Assembly (NCBI GenBank): GCA_002269645.1
Contig: NIVC01004181.1
Span: 1-56,359 of the forward strand
DNA length: 56,359 bases
Source: Macrostomum lignano
Lineage: Eukaryota
Reading direction: 5' to 3'
Positions 10,277 through 23,469 of this stretch are shown piece by piece (the first letter of the stretch is position 1; every line of letters starts with the position of its first letter). The position numbers and the translations under genes were made by a program. A model generated the notes under the pieces. It was not told where the DNA came from. It saw only the letters and a program-made list of their open reading frames with translations, and did not search any database.

Positions 10277-11827
10277 CAGAGATAAATGAGAAGAGATACC
10301 TCGTAAGAGAGAGAGAATAAAAAAGAGAGAAGAGATATAAGAGACGAAAGAAAAGGGTGCAGAGAGGAAGAGAGTGGAGAGAGGAGAGGAAAGAGTTGAG
10401 AGAAGAGAGTAGAGAGAAATGAAATGAGATAAAAGAGGAGAAAGGAAATGAGAGAGCAGAGACGAGAGAAGAAGGGAGAGAGGGGAGAATAGAGAAGAAA
10501 GAAAACTATGGACTCTATTCCATGCCGGCCGCAGACATACATGCGCAACTTTGGGAATCACCCGGCCGTTTCTATTAGCAACACACACATGTAAGTCGCT
10601 ATTGGCTGAGAGCAGTCACGTGACTACTATTCCGTCCAATAGCGACTTACATGTGTGTGTTGCCAATAGAAACGGCCGAGTGAATCCCAAGGTTGCGCCC
10701 AAGCATGCGGCCGCTCAACCAATGGAGAGTGGAGAAGGAAGAGAGAGAAGAGTGAGAAGAGAGAGAAAGAAAAATAAAAAGAGAAAAAATAGAGGAGAGA
10801 GAAGAGGGAAAAGAGAAAAGAGGAGAGAGGATAGTTCAGAGATAAAAGAAAGATTAGAGAGGAGAGAGGATGGAGAATAAAAGGATCGAGAGGAGAGACG
10901 AGAGAGAGGAGAGTAAATAGAGTAGAGGTAAGAGAGAGAGAGGAGCGGAGAGAGTACAGAGAGGATAGGGTTTCTAGTATAATAAAGTGCACGATAATAT
11001 ACCTGAAACTGCTGCAGCACATCAAGCGTCTTTTCCTTTGCAATCTGAACTGCAGATAGAAATGGATTCTTCTGTGCACGATCCACAATGCGGCGCTTCA
11101 ACCGAGCTCGCTCCTCAGGCCTGTGGAGAGGCAAATGACAGTGCAGAACGGAACGTTTGCTGAAGGCTTCTCCGCGCTGCACAACTGTTGCATTGCAAGT
11201 TTGGTGTCCATTGCGAAGTGCACACCGCCAATAGATAGACTGACCTATTTTTTTGCTTTTTACAAACATGTACTGGCCATCAACGACAAGAATGTCGCGA
11301 TTCTTGGTCGAGCCGCTAGACACAATTTGAAACTCTGGAGCACGAGCGATATTCTCATTCTCGGTGTCAACCAAGCTCTCTTCCGGAGCCGTGGGCGACA
11401 TGGCTACAGCTGGAGGCGGCAATGTGGGTGCCATGGCTACAGCTGAAGGCGGCGATGTGGGCGCCATGGCTGCAGGTAGAGGCGGCGATGTGGGTGCCAT
11501 GGCTGCAGGTAGAGGCAGCGATGTGGGTGCCATGGCTGCAGGTAGAGGCGGCGATGTGGGTGCCATGGCTGCAGGTAGAGGTGGCGATGTGGGTGCCATG
11601 GCTGCAGGTAGAGGCGGCGATGTCGGTGCAGATGGCGCAGTCAGCAGCATGTTACAAGCTGAACACCTCCACTGGAACACATCCAGTGAGGCAAGTTGGC
11701 GGTACTCAGCTTGGGAAATGCCATTGCCGCAACATCTGTGTTGCCAACAAAGACAATGGTCGCATTCTAATGCTTGCTGTCATCCTGTCACAATATTTGC
11801 GCAGACAAGACAGTTATCCGCCATCAT
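10120..11827 (-). pseudogene. PHD-finger + FLYWCH + MULE transposase pseudogene
   Basis: ATG at 11827: MMADNCLVCANIVTG*QQALECDHCLCWQHRCCGNGISQAEYRQLASLDVFQWRCSAC (PHD, in-frame TGA at 11780-11782), then a 33-bp AMAPTSPPLPA repeat, then FLYWCH-like FQIVSS...LVVDGQYMF...YWRC...C...HCH. A separate fragment TFHVVNKPFVQLYTIHAF (10200-~10145) matches the MULE motif DGTF..P..F.QLY.IH. Confidence 0.8.
10543..10698. repeat. Inverted repeat: 63-bp arms, 30-nt loop with a central 12-bp palindrome
   Basis: Arms 10543-10605 and 10636-10698 (4 mismatches); loop contains AGTCACGTGACT at 10614-10625. Confidence 0.9.
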
Positions 11828-12342
11828 GTAGTTGTCACTATTCACGTAGCTAGGAAACAATTACTGTTCTTAGTTCTAAATCATTCCAAGACCGTACACA
11901 ATACGCGTATATATATATGCCAAATCCTCCTCTACTATAGCTATCCTTCTTTCTAATGCATGGTACGTACATGAATGAGAAAATTTTCCTGCAAAGAAGC
12001 ACGTAATTGTAGCAATCCTATGGTAAGGTAAAATTCTTGTGCAAAGAAGCACAAATGTACATTTCATTGCATGATTTCGTCAGGCCAAATTCCTTCGATA
12101 ATAAGCCTGTGAGTCTAAGCCAATACAGCATGTTTAATTTTGCACATTTTTATGCGCTATATAGCACCCCACAGAGCAGGCCGAGCAGGCCGCGAAAAGG
12201 CTACATTTGATAGTCTTTTAATACGGTACGTCAATCAGCACCTTCCCCAAAATGTGGCGATTATGTCACATAAAATCTCTTCGCTATTAGTTAAGGCACT
12301 TTGGCATATATAGGTTTTATTATATGTATTTGTGTACATGTA

Positions 12343-12548
12343 CACCTTTTCACGTTTAATTTTGATCAAAGTCCAGTTCTAAAAAAACTAGCGGAAGTTC
12401 AATTCAGACTGGGGATAATTTTGTCTATGGCTAAACATTGCTTCGGTGGCAGTATAAACAGAATTTTTTGAACTGGGGTTTGTTTTTATTGAATTTCCCC
12501 TAGTTTTTTTAGAACTGGACTTTGATCAAAATTGAACGTGAAAAGGTG
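12343..12548. mobile_element. 206-bp MITE with TA TSD (Tc1/mariner-like), nested in the MULE
   Basis: TIR CACCTTTTCACGTT..ATTTTGATCAAAGTCCAGTTCTAAAAAAACTAG (~50 bp) at both ends, flanked by TA. Confidence 0.8.
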
Positions 12549-15500
12549 TAGTAGATCGCGATGAACTCAATATTACAAGAAGAGGAGATTAATTTCTCCG
12601 CTGGAAATAAACTCGTACTAGCATTCCGTTGTCTTGTTTTGATACACTAATTTTTTGTTAAGTTTCACAGGCTTCGCCGAAGTGGTCATTTCATTCGCCG
12701 AAGTGGATTCTCCGAAATGGTCATTCGCCGAAGTGGCCTTCACCGAAGTGGTCTTTCGCCGAAATGGTCAGCACCCGTACAAGTTACCCTGGTAGCTTCA
12801 GTGCCCAAGCAGCAAGACACTGCTGACTACTATACTTACTAATTATTACTAATTTCTAAACTACTTAGTCCAAACATAGCGTTTCACTGACCAAGGGGTT
12901 TCTGGCTTTAATACTGTTTTTTCCAACTTAATACTGTATCACACTTGTAATAGCCTAGATCTAGTCCTGGAGAATCCTCCCTTCTTACTAGGCAATCAAC
13001 CCTTTTTACTCAGCAAAATGCTTGTTTGTCAATCCCTGCTTAACTACACTGGCAAAATGCCTTTTATATCCAACATGGTCTTTCTAAACTTACAATCTTA
13101 TTTATATATAACTAATTAGGCCTAAGACAATAAAACCAGAGAAACCTTAGGCCTAATTTTGAAGTTACTGAGTATTGAACCCAACAAAGGAGTTAAAGAA
13201 AATGTTTAGTTTCTTGCCTTATATTTGTACTAAATGAAACCTCTCTATTGGCTTGTATTACATTTATTTAAACAACATTTAGTTAAAAAAAATTATTCGA
13301 CTTGCTAAAACAAAAGTTACTACATTAAAACAAATATCATATTAAAACAAAATATTTGTATAAATGTTATTTGGCAAGAATTTTACTTACAAAAATGTTA
13401 ATATGTTTTTAGAACAAAATATGAGCCCTATTGCATAACTTTTTAAATTTGATCAAGTAATAAGAACTAAAAAGTAAAAAAAACTCTTGGTATCCTAATT
13501 TTTCATTATTTTTGTAATGTATTTTGCATTCTAGTTTTAGAATTTAGGCACAATGATTATTTTTGCACATAATTGTGCTTTTTATTTCTTACAAAAATAT
13601 TTACAAAATAAATAATGCAAGTAAAGCCTATAACTAGAATTGGCCTAGCCAAAAACTTGGCTTTATAATTATACTAGGGACACTAGCATAGCCCATAGTT
13701 TGGAAGGCAACATGTATACTAGGATTTCCTATAGTACAACAAGGGTAGGCCTGTTTGCCATTTTCAATGTATAGGCCCTATGCACCATAGGCCTACTCTA
13801 GTCTAGTCTCCAGATCATATTGTATGCATGCCAGAAAGTATACCAAAGAGTCTTTTGTTTGCACACCTATTGCATGCCATGCTTGCCTATTATATGCTAT
13901 ACACAACATTGACAATATTTAACAATAGGCCTACAAAAAAAGCAAAAAAATCATTCAAACACATTTCAAAAAATTCACAAAAACAATGCTTTAAAAAATT
14001 AACCATAGGCAAACCACCTACTCATATGCAAGTAGTGTGTTAATGTGAACCCTATTTTCAATTTTAAAATTATTAATCATATTGAGCACTATAATCAACT
14101 TTCAGCATTCCTTCAATTTACTATCACCCCAGTGACAATCACTTTAAACAGTGATGATCACTACAAAAAACAGTTGTAAGACATAAAATCCATAGTTTCC
14201 AATAAAACAAAATCAAATGTTGGCGAACTGACTTTGTTTATTTCAAAAGATGGTAAGATTGTTGTAGCACCTTATATTTTACCTTTGCTTTACAATCACC
14301 CAAACATATGTTGCCCATTGAAATGATCCCAAACCAAAGCTGGCAGTAGGAAAACCTATCAAACTAATTTCAATTGTCAAGTTGCAAGTTTGAGCTATAG
14401 TAGCCTATATATTTCACCTTTGGTTTACGATCACCCAAATGTATGTTGCCTATTAAAATGATCATAAACCAAAGCTGGCCATAAGAAAGTGTACTAAGGG
14501 TTGACATGCTTTCTTATAGCCAGCTTCGGTTCACAATCATTTCAATGGAGTGCATGTATAGAAGTGATTGTAATTGAAAGTAAGGGGGGTGTAGCACTAA
14601 AGATTAATTATACTAAGCTAGGGTTGACATCCTTTCCTACAGCTAGCTTCAGATGATCGGAAATAGATGTACAAATCTTTTCAATTTCAAATAAACAAAG
14701 TTAGTTGATCAGCCAACTTTTGCTTTCTTTCCATTTGAAACTACCATTAGTTTTTATGTCTTAGTTTTGAACATGCCATTTTTGCATTGCAGTAAGCAAA
14801 ATATAAGGTGATCATAAACCAAAACTGGAAAAATAGAAGGTGATTATAAACCAAAGGATTGCCAAACTTTCTATATTAGAAACTTTGCATAGGCCTATTA
14901 AAGACTGCAAATCCTCTTTTAACATTCAATTAGCAGGGAGAAACAGGCAGCAATATGCACCTCAGAATTTTAAAAAGTTTTAGTTTTATTCACCATAAAT
15001 ATGCATAAATACTTGAAAAAGAAAATGTTTCTTATTAGCTTTGTCTTTCTAATCTTATTAAAGAAAAGTAGCCTGCCTCAATTCTACATTGCATAAAAAC
15101 TGCTAGATAAATTTTTCTAATTTTTGCATAACATTTCTGTTAGAATAGTCAAAGTTAGTCTCTTTTTTATAACTTTTTTCAATTTTGACATGTTTTGATT
15201 ATTTGCTAGAGTTGCTAACCATTGTAATAATAGGCCTAGCTAGGCCTATTTATAAAATTTAAACTTAGACCTAAAATGCTTAGGGAAAATATCTAATTCT
15301 ATAAAATACTATAAAAGTATGTCTAATTCTATAAAAAGTTGGGTTGAAATAAAAAATGGTTTAATATTATATTGGCTTTAGATTTTATAATAACTTTTTG
15401 TTATAACTTATTTAGGTTATTGTTGTTTAATTTTAAAAATACAAAAGCATTTATTTTCTGACTTATCTATCATAGCAATTGTTATCATAATGCCCTATAG

Positions 15501-17391
15501 GAAAAAGTTGTACAACCGCGGACAGAGTCCAGTGCACTTTTGAAATTTTTCTAGATGCACACTGCCCACTTTCTGCTAGCTGCTGCTCTAGCAAACAAAT
15601 ATACCTGGAAGGGGCCTAATATCTCTTTGGAAAAGGCCTATACACTTATCATTTATAATGCTTAGAGATGTTCTAAGATTTTGATTTTGACTTTCCTAAA
15701 TTTAGAATTTTTACAAGTGAATTACAATTTCAAAAAGTTAAAATTCAAAATTTTTATATTGTAGCTAAAGAGAATAGCAAATGTATAGCTATAATAGCTT
15801 ATTAACATTGGTTTAGCCTTATGTGACACCTTGTCATATTGTACTATATCATCATTTTGGCTTTTAGTGAAGCCAAAAGTTCTAAAGTGATCCCAAATCT
15901 TCTAGGAAGCAACCTTAGGCTAGGAGTTATACTAGGTTACTCTTAAAGCCTTTTTTCAAATCACTTATTCTGCTTAGTTTTCCTATAGGAAACTAGTTAT
16001 TTGAGCTAGTGTAAAGCTATAGGCTATAAAAAAATGTATTTGAAAAGCTTAGCCTTTAAAGGCTTTTATTGATAAGGATAGCAATCAATTTTAGATTTAG
16101 TTATATAGATTGAATCCTTATATTAAGGCAGGTTAGTGATGCAAAATGGGGCATAACCATTGAATCATATCTTTAGGAACAGTTATTTTGGCAAAGAAAC
16201 TATGTTTTCAAAGTCTAAAGCTTTAATCAACTTAGACTATATCTACATATACTAGAATAACTAGATGGGCCACTTAGCAAATTTGCATGTAAGCTACTTT
16301 CAGTTCAGTAGTAAGTTAAACAGATTAATTTTAATGTAGTTTAAAGCCAAGGCTCATTTATTGGCTTTTATCCCCTAGCTTAAACCTTCTATCCATGCTT
16401 TTCTATACTGACCCTCTGCTATGCCCCAGTTTTTATTGCCTTTCTTAGAATTCCAGCCTAAAGCTGCCATGTACATTTCAGTGGACTAGCTAATATACAT
16501 TATTGCTGAACCAATTAGCAAGTTGTTTACACCTAAATAGTTAAGCTTCTAAACTTATCACAATCTTTTTAGTAGCTTTTTAATAAAATAGCTTATGTAT
16601 TCTTTTTTTGCTACTGAACTAAAAGCAGAAAGGTGTTTTATGAAGTATGTGTGCCTGAGTAGCCCATCTAGTTCTTTTAGTAGGCCTATCTAAGAGTATA
16701 ATACAGATTTAGAAATTTAGCAAGGTCTTTCATTCTCTCCAGGTTTGCTATCATATAGTCATGAACAGGCAAATAAAGCGATGACTAAGCTGTGTGCATA
16801 GAATAAAGAAGTAAGAGACCCAGAATGCACTCATTCAACTAGATCCTTTTCCTCATATAGTAAAAATAAACACCTTGTACAGTAGAAGGTGGAGCAGGGT
16901 GAATGTTGTTTTCTGGGGAAGCAAAGCAACTAAAAAGGATTCTCTAGCTATTATAATACTTAAATGTATGTCATTTTCTATGAATGATTTTCTCAAATAA
17001 AAACATTGAATATTGACATTTTGTCCAGTGATTTTTGATAAACTGATGGATGAAAAAGCATCTGACAAAATAACTAGCACCCTATATGCATGTATACCTA
17101 GCCAATCTAACCAGATTACAAGTTTGCAAAATTGCAAAACTGATCAATGCTTGTAAGGGGTACAAGCATATATACAGGAAAAATTATTTGTCTCAACTTT
17201 TTCTAAAGCTTCAAGATTATTTGATACAAAATACAAATGCGACAACCAAACTTGTTGTCTTGAATCCCACATCTCTGGTTTTTCTACTTAATATGTTTGT
17301 CAGTTAAAATTAATTATTAATATTTAATAGTAATGTTTCAACATTTTGTATTTAAGTTTTCATTTTTAGCATAACTGATTTAATCTTGCAG

Positions 17392-17494
17392 GATTCTGAA
17401 GCACAAGTCAGTGGTGAAGAAGCTTCAACCAAGATGAAGCAGGCTGCAGCTGGAGCTGGCGAGCAATCAGCTACAGAGAGCTACACTAGCGGCG
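17392..17494 (+). CDS. Isolated exon; probable alternative N-terminal exon of the AHCYL/IRBIT gene
   Basis: Acceptor TTGCAG|, donor |GTGAGT. Only frame 0 is open: DSEAQVSGEEASTKMKQAAAGAGEQSATESYTSG, ATG at 17434. It ends in phase 1, matching the phase-1 acceptor at 26013. QSATESYTS resembles IRBIT QSSTDSYSS. Confidence 0.65.
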
Positions 17495-19271
17495 GTGAGT
17501 GTTAATAAGCTTATTTCTATTTTATTGCCTATTATTTAGATTTTTATTTCCATGTGTGAATTTTTTGTCTTGTACTTTTTGGCCTAATTTCCATTTGTTT
17601 CTCTAGGCTCCTGTTATTTAATGCAAGTAAGTTGGATACTTTGCATTTTTCAGTTCTTCTTTCTCAATTCAATGCTTTTATCCGTTTTTCATTCTCGCGC
17701 TGATTATTTAACCTTAATAAATACTACTAATTGAGCTACTCTTAGTAGCAAGCAGAATATTTTTTGCGTCTTTTTTTGATGTTTTACAGATTATATAAAT
17801 TATAATTATTCCGATTTTTATCTATTTATTTTACGACAAAGTCTTTAATTGCGTTTGTGATTTTCTTAAATCCATGCTGTTCGATTGCTATAAAGCGCTT
17901 TAATTCCATCAATTGGTTAGACATGTTTGGATAGAGAATTAACTTGCTGTACGTGCCAGCCTGTCCAATGGCGTAGCAGCCAATATCTGCATTGGCTGCA
18001 GGGTAGGTTTCTGTCCGCCACTACATATATCTCTGAACTAGAATCTTGAGTTTCCCTTCCTAAACTGTTTTCCGCGTCAAAAACAGTCGAGATTTTGAAA
18101 GCTTCAAACGGCATTTTATTATCGAGGCAAGTTTATTTTTTTATTAATACATCATCGCGCATCTTCCGTTTCTTTTTCGATCCATTTTTTAGTTTCCTAG
18201 AGGTTAATTTTCACCGGGGGGTTGGGAGTTACAGTGGCCCGCTTATCTGGTCATCAGCATTTCCTTATTTTGGATGCTTGAAACCATAAATTCATTTAGC
18301 CACTCTGTGCAGAATCGAACCCCCGGACTTTGATGCGAGGTCCGCCCCACCATCGAATTCGTTAAAACCGTCACCGTGATACCGTGAAAAAGAATCGCTA
18401 AAATCATTGCAAACAACTCACTAGCAACTCGTGTGACTTCTTTAACCACTCAAACGACTGCAATGTGACGGAAAGGCGACTGTTGAGTCGCGAGCACATC
18501 ACGTGAGTTGCAGAATCGTAGAAGAGTTGCGAAAAAGTCGCCGAAGATTCGTTGTGTTAGCGTTTAAATTGCTACAAAGTCAAGTAGACTAACTAAATAG
18601 AGTTGTTATGAATGCGAAGTGACGCAGACGCAACTCAGTGACTCTACGACGCTTGTTGGCCTTGTAGGTTCCGTTTTTATCGGGAAAACATTCAAAACAC
18701 TGAATTGCTAAGCGCATTGACCCCAGTTGTTTAAAATTAGTCCATTATGCGTATGGATCAAGGCAAGCATTTTCGTTATTATTAGCAAATTTCGGGTTTG
18801 TATAACTGCGTAGTTTAGAGAGCGCCTCTCTTTCTGGATGTTTTTTCTTCAAGCTTTGCAGCTTCAAATTTTGTTGTTCTGCGTTATAAAAATTCAACTT
18901 TCTCAAGAATTGAATGTTAAGTTCAATGAAAACTGTACTTCTCCATGTAGCGTCCAACCTGTGTCGAAGTTAGAATTTTATATATGCTTGCCCGAGAAAT
19001 CCAACAACCTCGCTTGCAGTTTGCACTTATAACTGCTGTTCTTGTTAATTATTAATTGAAATGAAACAGCTTGAGCTGATGCTTTCCAAGTTAATTAGTG
19101 TAGCCCTAACTGTAATTAAAGCTGTGGGGCCCTCTTTGCTACCCTAATTCGTCTTTCTTAGAATTTCTTAGAGCGTGGGTCGAGTCAAAATCTTTTCACT
19201 ATGATTTCTGTGAAACTGGCTCTTATGCTTGTAGTACGCTCGTAATAATAATTATATAATATATTTGATTG

Positions 19272-19527
19272 CAGCTCAGCCGCAGCTATTGCGCGGCGCA
19301 TCTGAAGGCTGCGTACGGCTGTTCAGTCCAAGGACTGGGGGGTTGCCACACACACAGCCTCAATTACCCCCAGCTAATGCTGGCACCCATTTTACAGCTG
19401 GGTGAACTGAAGCAATGCAGAGTTAAGTGTCTTACTCAAGGACACAAATTATTTCGAGTGGGATTGGGAATCGAACCCCTGACCTTCCAGTCGTAAGTCC
19501 GACGCTCTGACCACTAGGCTACAAAAC
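19272..19527 (-). mobile_element. tRNA-derived SINE with CORE-like domain (copy 2)
   Basis: Aligns end to end with 6449-6692, including an identical 3' tail ...CAGCCTTCAGATGCGCCGCGCAATAGCTGCGGCTGAGCTG; A and B boxes present. Confidence 0.85.
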
Positions 19528-20647
19528 CCCCAAAGGAATTTCCATTGAATATTGGATTACATGCAGATGCAGATAGATGCAACACATTCGTTTTAAACAA
19601 AGGCTAACAGGTTAATTCTGTTTCAAAAGTTAGCGTTATTTTCTAATAAAAACAAAAATTCTGAAATCTCTTAATGCAAGTTGGAAATGCTGATTTGCGA
19701 GCACGGCCTCACATTTTATCTTATCGCTGTGCTAGTTGTTGCCTCGTTGCTGGCGCATAAGCCTGGGAACCGCTTTAACTCTGACAATCTGCCTACTCTT
19801 GCTCCTTAGAGTTCAGAAATTTTTATATAAACTGTATAAACTTGTCAACTACTGAAACTTATACGGGGTTCTCGAGCTTCACTTAAATTTAACCTTTTCG
19901 TTCTTATCGCTAAGCGTCTGCGTACCCTAGTATAAATATGATGTATGCATTGTTTACTGCTTTAAGTAGGATCTATGAGACTTTCCCGCACGAAGGTCCC
20001 CACCCAAAAGGACACCTTAATCCCTCTTTTCCTGCTTGCGACCAGAGGATCACAAATATAAGAATGTATGAAATGTGTGTAAAAACTTTTACTAAAAGCT
20101 AAAAGCAGTGCAGCTTCTATAGATTTTCGAATAGATTTGTGAATCCCTGGTGTGTAAATAGGCAGATATTGACAAAGCTACTGGAAAATCTGTGTTCCCT
20201 TTACAGTAGGCTGTTGCGTTGTGCCTTGTAGACTATTGGCCCTTGGGTATGCACTTGTAATGGAATAATTAGCCATCCGCAACCCCCTCCCTTAATCTGT
20301 TTATAGAGTATTTTGGCCATTTGTGCGATTTCTTTTCGATCCATTGATTCCTTTGCTAGCATATAAGCCGTTCCTATTGATAGGCTTGCCTCTGGGCTAG
20401 TCTCCGGAGTCCTCGATGCTTTAGTTTATGGCTACGAGCCAAACGAACAGAAAAAACCAACACGTACTCTGGAGAGTTCTCTGGAGAAGAGACTGCTAAC
20501 CTACGAGTATGTATATTTTGCGAAGAATACTGCTCTAATCAAATTGGATGGGTGCTGAACTCGGCGGGGTCGGGGGACTGGGGGTTGGGGTTGACAATGT
20601 TGACAAGGTCGACAACTTATAGCGTGCACGAGCAATTCCTCTTGATC

Positions 20648-21600
20648 CGTTGACCACCCGTGCTATCCCCTTGTGATCCCTTGACCACCCGTGCTATCCC
20701 CTTGTGATCCCTTGACCACCCGTGCTATCCCCTTGTGATCCCTTGACCACCCGTGCTATCCCCTTGTGATCCCTTGACCACCCGTGCTATCCCCTTGTGA
20801 TCCCTTGACCACCCGTGCTATCCCCTTGTGATCCCTTGACCACCCGTGCTATCCCCTTGTGATCCCTTGACCACCCGTGCATCCCCTTGTGATCCCTTGA
20901 CCACCCGTGCTATCCCCTTGTGATCCCTTGACCACCCGTGCTATCCCCTTGTGATCCCTTGACCACCCGTGCTATCCCCTTGTGATCCCTTGACCACCCG
21001 TGCTATCCCCTTGTGATCCCTTGACCACCCGTGCTATCCCCTTGTGATCCCTTGACCACCCGTGCTATCCCCTTGTGATCCCTTGACCACCCATGCAATC
21101 CCCCTTGTGATCCCTTGACCACCCGTGCAATCCCCTTTGTGATCCCTTGACCACCCATGCAATCCCCCTTGTGATCCCTTGACCACCCGTGCAATCCCCC
21201 TTGTGATCCCTTGACCACCCATGCAATCCCCCTTGTGATCCCTTGACCACCCACCCATGCAATCTCCCTTGTGATCCCTTGACCACCCATGCAATCCCCC
21301 TTGTGATCCCTTGACCACCCATGCAATCCCCCTTGTGATCCCTTGACCACCCATGCAATCCCCCTTGTGATCCCTTGACCACCCGTGCAATCCCCTTGTG
21401 ATCCCTTGACCACCCATGCAATCCCCCTTGTGATCCCTTGACCACCCGTGCATTCACCCTTGTGATCCCTTGACCACCCGTGCTATCCCCTAGTGTGATC
21501 CCTTGACCATACGTGCACTTCCCTGATAGATCCCTTGATCCCTTGACCACCCGTGCTATCCCCTAGTGTGATCCCTTGACCACCCCCATACAATCACCCT
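20648..21600. repeat. 30-31-bp minisatellite TTGACCACCCGTGCTATCCCCTTGTGATCCC (~31 copies)
   Basis: Tandem units; explains the ORFs at 21003-21550. Confidence 0.95.
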
Positions 21601-23469
21601 TGTGATCACTTCTCATCCCTGCTCCCCACTTGCCCTTTACCAGATAGATATATTGGATAGTTCACCCTGCTACTTTCATTAGCTAATGAAGAAATATATA
21701 TAGCAGCAATTGATTAAGAATTACTCTTATATTGTACTTTTAGTTATTATGATTGCAAGAATCTGACATTATGCGCAGTAGTCTTAATCCCAAACTTTAA
21801 CTTTACGAGTTCAGTTTTGAAATTGGAATGTTTTCTCACTTCTAAAGTCCTGTCTCTGTTAGGGCCTACATTTGCATACAAAGACAACTAATACTGTCTA
21901 TTCAGACTTGTTGCTGTTGTTAACCGGGGTTGCCTAATGCTGGCATGGATCAGTCTTAGTTATGCTCTGCCGCGGGAGTGATGGGTCCTCCCGCATATAA
22001 GTAATTGGAGGGCAAGACTCAAGGCTTGACCATTGGGGTTTGGTTTACTGCGAACAACTAAACATTTTTGGCTTGACTCGCCGACTTAACGGTGAAACTG
22101 CGGTCTCAAATCAGGGTACTTCGGGCAGCCAGTGAGAGCCATTCCACAGGAGAAAAGCGAACACTACACCAAACTCCCTGTGCAGTGAGTCTCACTGGTA
22201 GGGTATCAACTTCTGGGGCTCATGCCTTACCAGCTTCTGTGGCTTAAAGCCTTCGAGATAGTCCTCTGACCAGCTCTCTTCACAGTTAGGTTCATCTAAC
22301 GCAGAGGCAGCTCAAGCTCAATACTTGCGGTAATCTTCCAAAATGTAGACATCTCGTTTGTGGGGTCATCTGCTGGATTGACTACATGGACACGCGCACA
22401 CACTCCGGGTGATTAGTGCACCCACGATCTTGAAAAAGGGTGCTCCAAAACTTGCCTATCTGTTGTGTGATATATTACTTGACCAAAGGTATTGATATAT
22501 AAAATTTGTTCTGAGACAGCCGCCAGCGTCGCTTCCTGGGATGCGAAAGGACCATATATTGAATTTCTTGAATAACCCGCCACAACTATACAATTCGTTT
22601 GCAATGCGCTTGTACACGCCTGCGATTCTTATAAACCTGTCCGGACTTTCAACCCGATGAAAGATTCTGAGCTATCAGCAGCTATGTTTAACGCCGCGTC
22701 TGCTACTGTCGACTTCTTGCTTTACTCTCTGCGCGAATTTTTTCTCTCCATGCCGGCCAGCAAACAAGTTGGTTGGCCTGCCTTAGCGCGCGCACAGTTC
22801 CGCTGATTTAGGAGAGCCGTCCTCCATCCTATTCGGTCGTCCCAAGTCCTGCCACGTTCGCATGATTAAATTTGCTCGCGCTTTTTTTTCCTGGCTTTCT
22901 ACCAAAGCCTGCGGGATGACGAGGGGGGTGTAGAGACGTGGCAAGAAGGACAGGGACATGGAGAGAGAGTCTGACATGCTGAAGCAGCGTGCTTGTGGTC
23001 CAGCGCACCCAGAAGTGGCCTAGGCTCCCGCTACTGTCTATTGGTGCCCGTCTCTTTCGCTCTTTTTAAAGTGCTCTCTGCTCTGCCTTCACTTGCTTCA
23101 CATCATATTTCGTCTGACTTGCAGCTACGCACATTGACCCAGTGGGACTAGCCCTGGATTGAGATGCATTGCTAGCGCACAACTTAAATATTATACTTAC
23201 TATGCATTGCTTATCACACAGGAGCTACATACTGTACTGCGATATTTTTAGGTCAAATCTTCGTTGCGTCTGGCCCTATAGAGACAAGTCTGATGGATTT
23301 ACCGATTTAGCTTCCATTGAGCTTATGTGTTATATAAATAAAAGATGGTTGTGTCGATAAAAACGATGCAAGATGATGGATGTCTTATGTGATGTACATC
23401 CATTATGAGATCGTGAATCGCTTGAAGCCCCTTCAGTGTTCTCTAGTGTAGTTTGTATAGTCAGAGCTA

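Larger units (their letters stand above)
9728..12776 (-). mobile_element. Mutator-like (MULE/Phantom-type) DNA transposon, decayed
   Basis: GG termini, TIR core CCATTTCGGCGAAAG, inverted subterminal CACTTCGGCGAA repeats at both ends, 8-bp TSD GTACAAGT at 9720-9727 and 12777-12784; internal PHD, FLYWCH and MULE fragments. Confidence 0.85.

Noticed and set aside
16245-16690. Decayed inverted repeat (ACTAGATGGG / CCCATCTAGT) in desert 1
   Set aside because: Too diverged to define termini or a TSD; probably an old MITE.
18290-18360. B-box-like GGTTCGATTC on the minus strand (possible tRNA or SINE head)
   Set aside because: No cloverleaf, no clear A box, and no second copy in the window.
21880-23060. 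Degenerate retroelement-like sequence
   Set aside because: Only short broken ORFs; no RT, endonuclease or LTR motif I can support.
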